DNA of 64,000 nucleotides, taken from IMG/VR virus record IMGVR_UViG_3300047445_000186, positions 124,001-188,000 of that record. One strand, given 5' to 3'. This document shows positions 63,405 to 64,000 of the stretch, piece after piece. Position numbers and translations under genes: made by a program. Position 1 is the first letter of the stretch, and each line of letters starts with the position of its first letter. The notes beneath the pieces are model-generated. The model was not told the origin of the DNA. It saw only the letters and a program-made list of their open reading frames with translations, and ran no database searches.

Positions 63405-64000
63405 ATGGAAAAGCTTCCAGTAGCAACATATATTTTCGTGGATCGTCGGAAGACGGGCCGCGGCAAGTCGCTTCCGAATCGTCATCGTCTGCTGCGTCGG
63501 ATTAAGGACGCGATCCGCGCATCGCAACCGCAGGACATCGATGCTGGTGGTGTGAAGGGCGCTGCATCTCCGCAATCGGCATCATCTGGGAACGCCGTGA
63601 AGGTCACGCGGAACTCACTGCATGAGCCGACGTTTCATTACGCGAGCGGTACCGGGAATCACAACATCGTTCTGATCGGAAATGATCAGTGGGAACGTGG
63701 TGATGACTTCCCTCTGAGTGATGAAGACTCGGGTGCAGGGAACGGCCAAGGCGGACCAGGCGACGATGGTGAAGACGACTTCATCGTGAACATCTCGCGT
63801 GATGAGTTCTACAATGTGTTCTTCGAAGATTGCGAGCTGCCGAATCTGCAAGAGACGCATGAGAAGGAACTGCCTGAGATGGTTCCAAAGCACGCTGGCT
63901 TCCAGAAGGAAGGTAACCCAGCGCAGCTGAACGTGATTCGCTCGTACAAGAACGCGCTGCCACGCCGTCGTGCGCTGACCACCGAAGCACGTGAACAGCT
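63405..64000 (+). CDS. yeaH: YeaH/YhbH family protein (DUF444), runs off right edge
   Basis: FVDRRKTGRGKSLPNRHRLLRRIK..LHEPTF..GNDQWERGD..FEDCELPNL. Confidence 0.9.
   Translation, partial: MEKLPVATYIFVDRRKTGRGKSLPNRHRLLRRIKDAIRASQPQDIDAGGVKGAASPQSASSGNAVKVTRNSLHEPTFHYASGTGNHNIVLIGNDQWERGDDFPLSDEDSGAGNGQGGPGDDGEDDFIVNISRDEFYNVFFEDCELPNLQETHEKELPEMVPKHAGFQKEGNPAQLNVIRSYKNALPRRRALTTEAREQ

Overview
This 64 kb window comes from a large dsDNA phage, probably a jumbo T4-like myovirus. Genes are dense and almost all on the + strand. The H-NS homologue and GC-rich codon use suggest a betaproteobacterial (Burkholderiales-like) host; this is an inference. No capsid, terminase or polymerase genes lie here. 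The window holds accessory and host-takeover functions: CCA-adding enzyme, HNH-RNA ligase, Ro60/TROVE, PrkA-YeaH, H-NS, a YadA-like adhesin, bactofilin, a SpoT-type HD hydrolase, DHFR, a 9 kb cluster of His-x-Asp oxygenases with a B12 radical SAM enzyme and a desaturase, an array of 23 tRNAs, and one orphan tRNA. Main unexplained signals: (1) a 44-codon leader ORF and competing terminator/antiterminator ahead of the tRNA array, where 30 of the first 32 codons are read by tRNAs in the array, suggesting an attenuator that senses tRNA depletion; (2) three Y-RNA-like ncRNAs (CCG-N9-GGUUAUC), two next to Ro60 and one inside the tRNA array; (3) many late proteins, including kinase-, ADP-ribosyltransferase-, PRTase- and GNAT-like enzymes, that share an N-terminus resembling the T4 capsid-targeting sequence; (4) widespread leaderless gene architecture and an antisense sRNA with an exposed anti-SD motif; (5) several atypical tRNAs and tRNA-like RNAs. 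All protein calls come from motifs recognised by eye, not from database searches.
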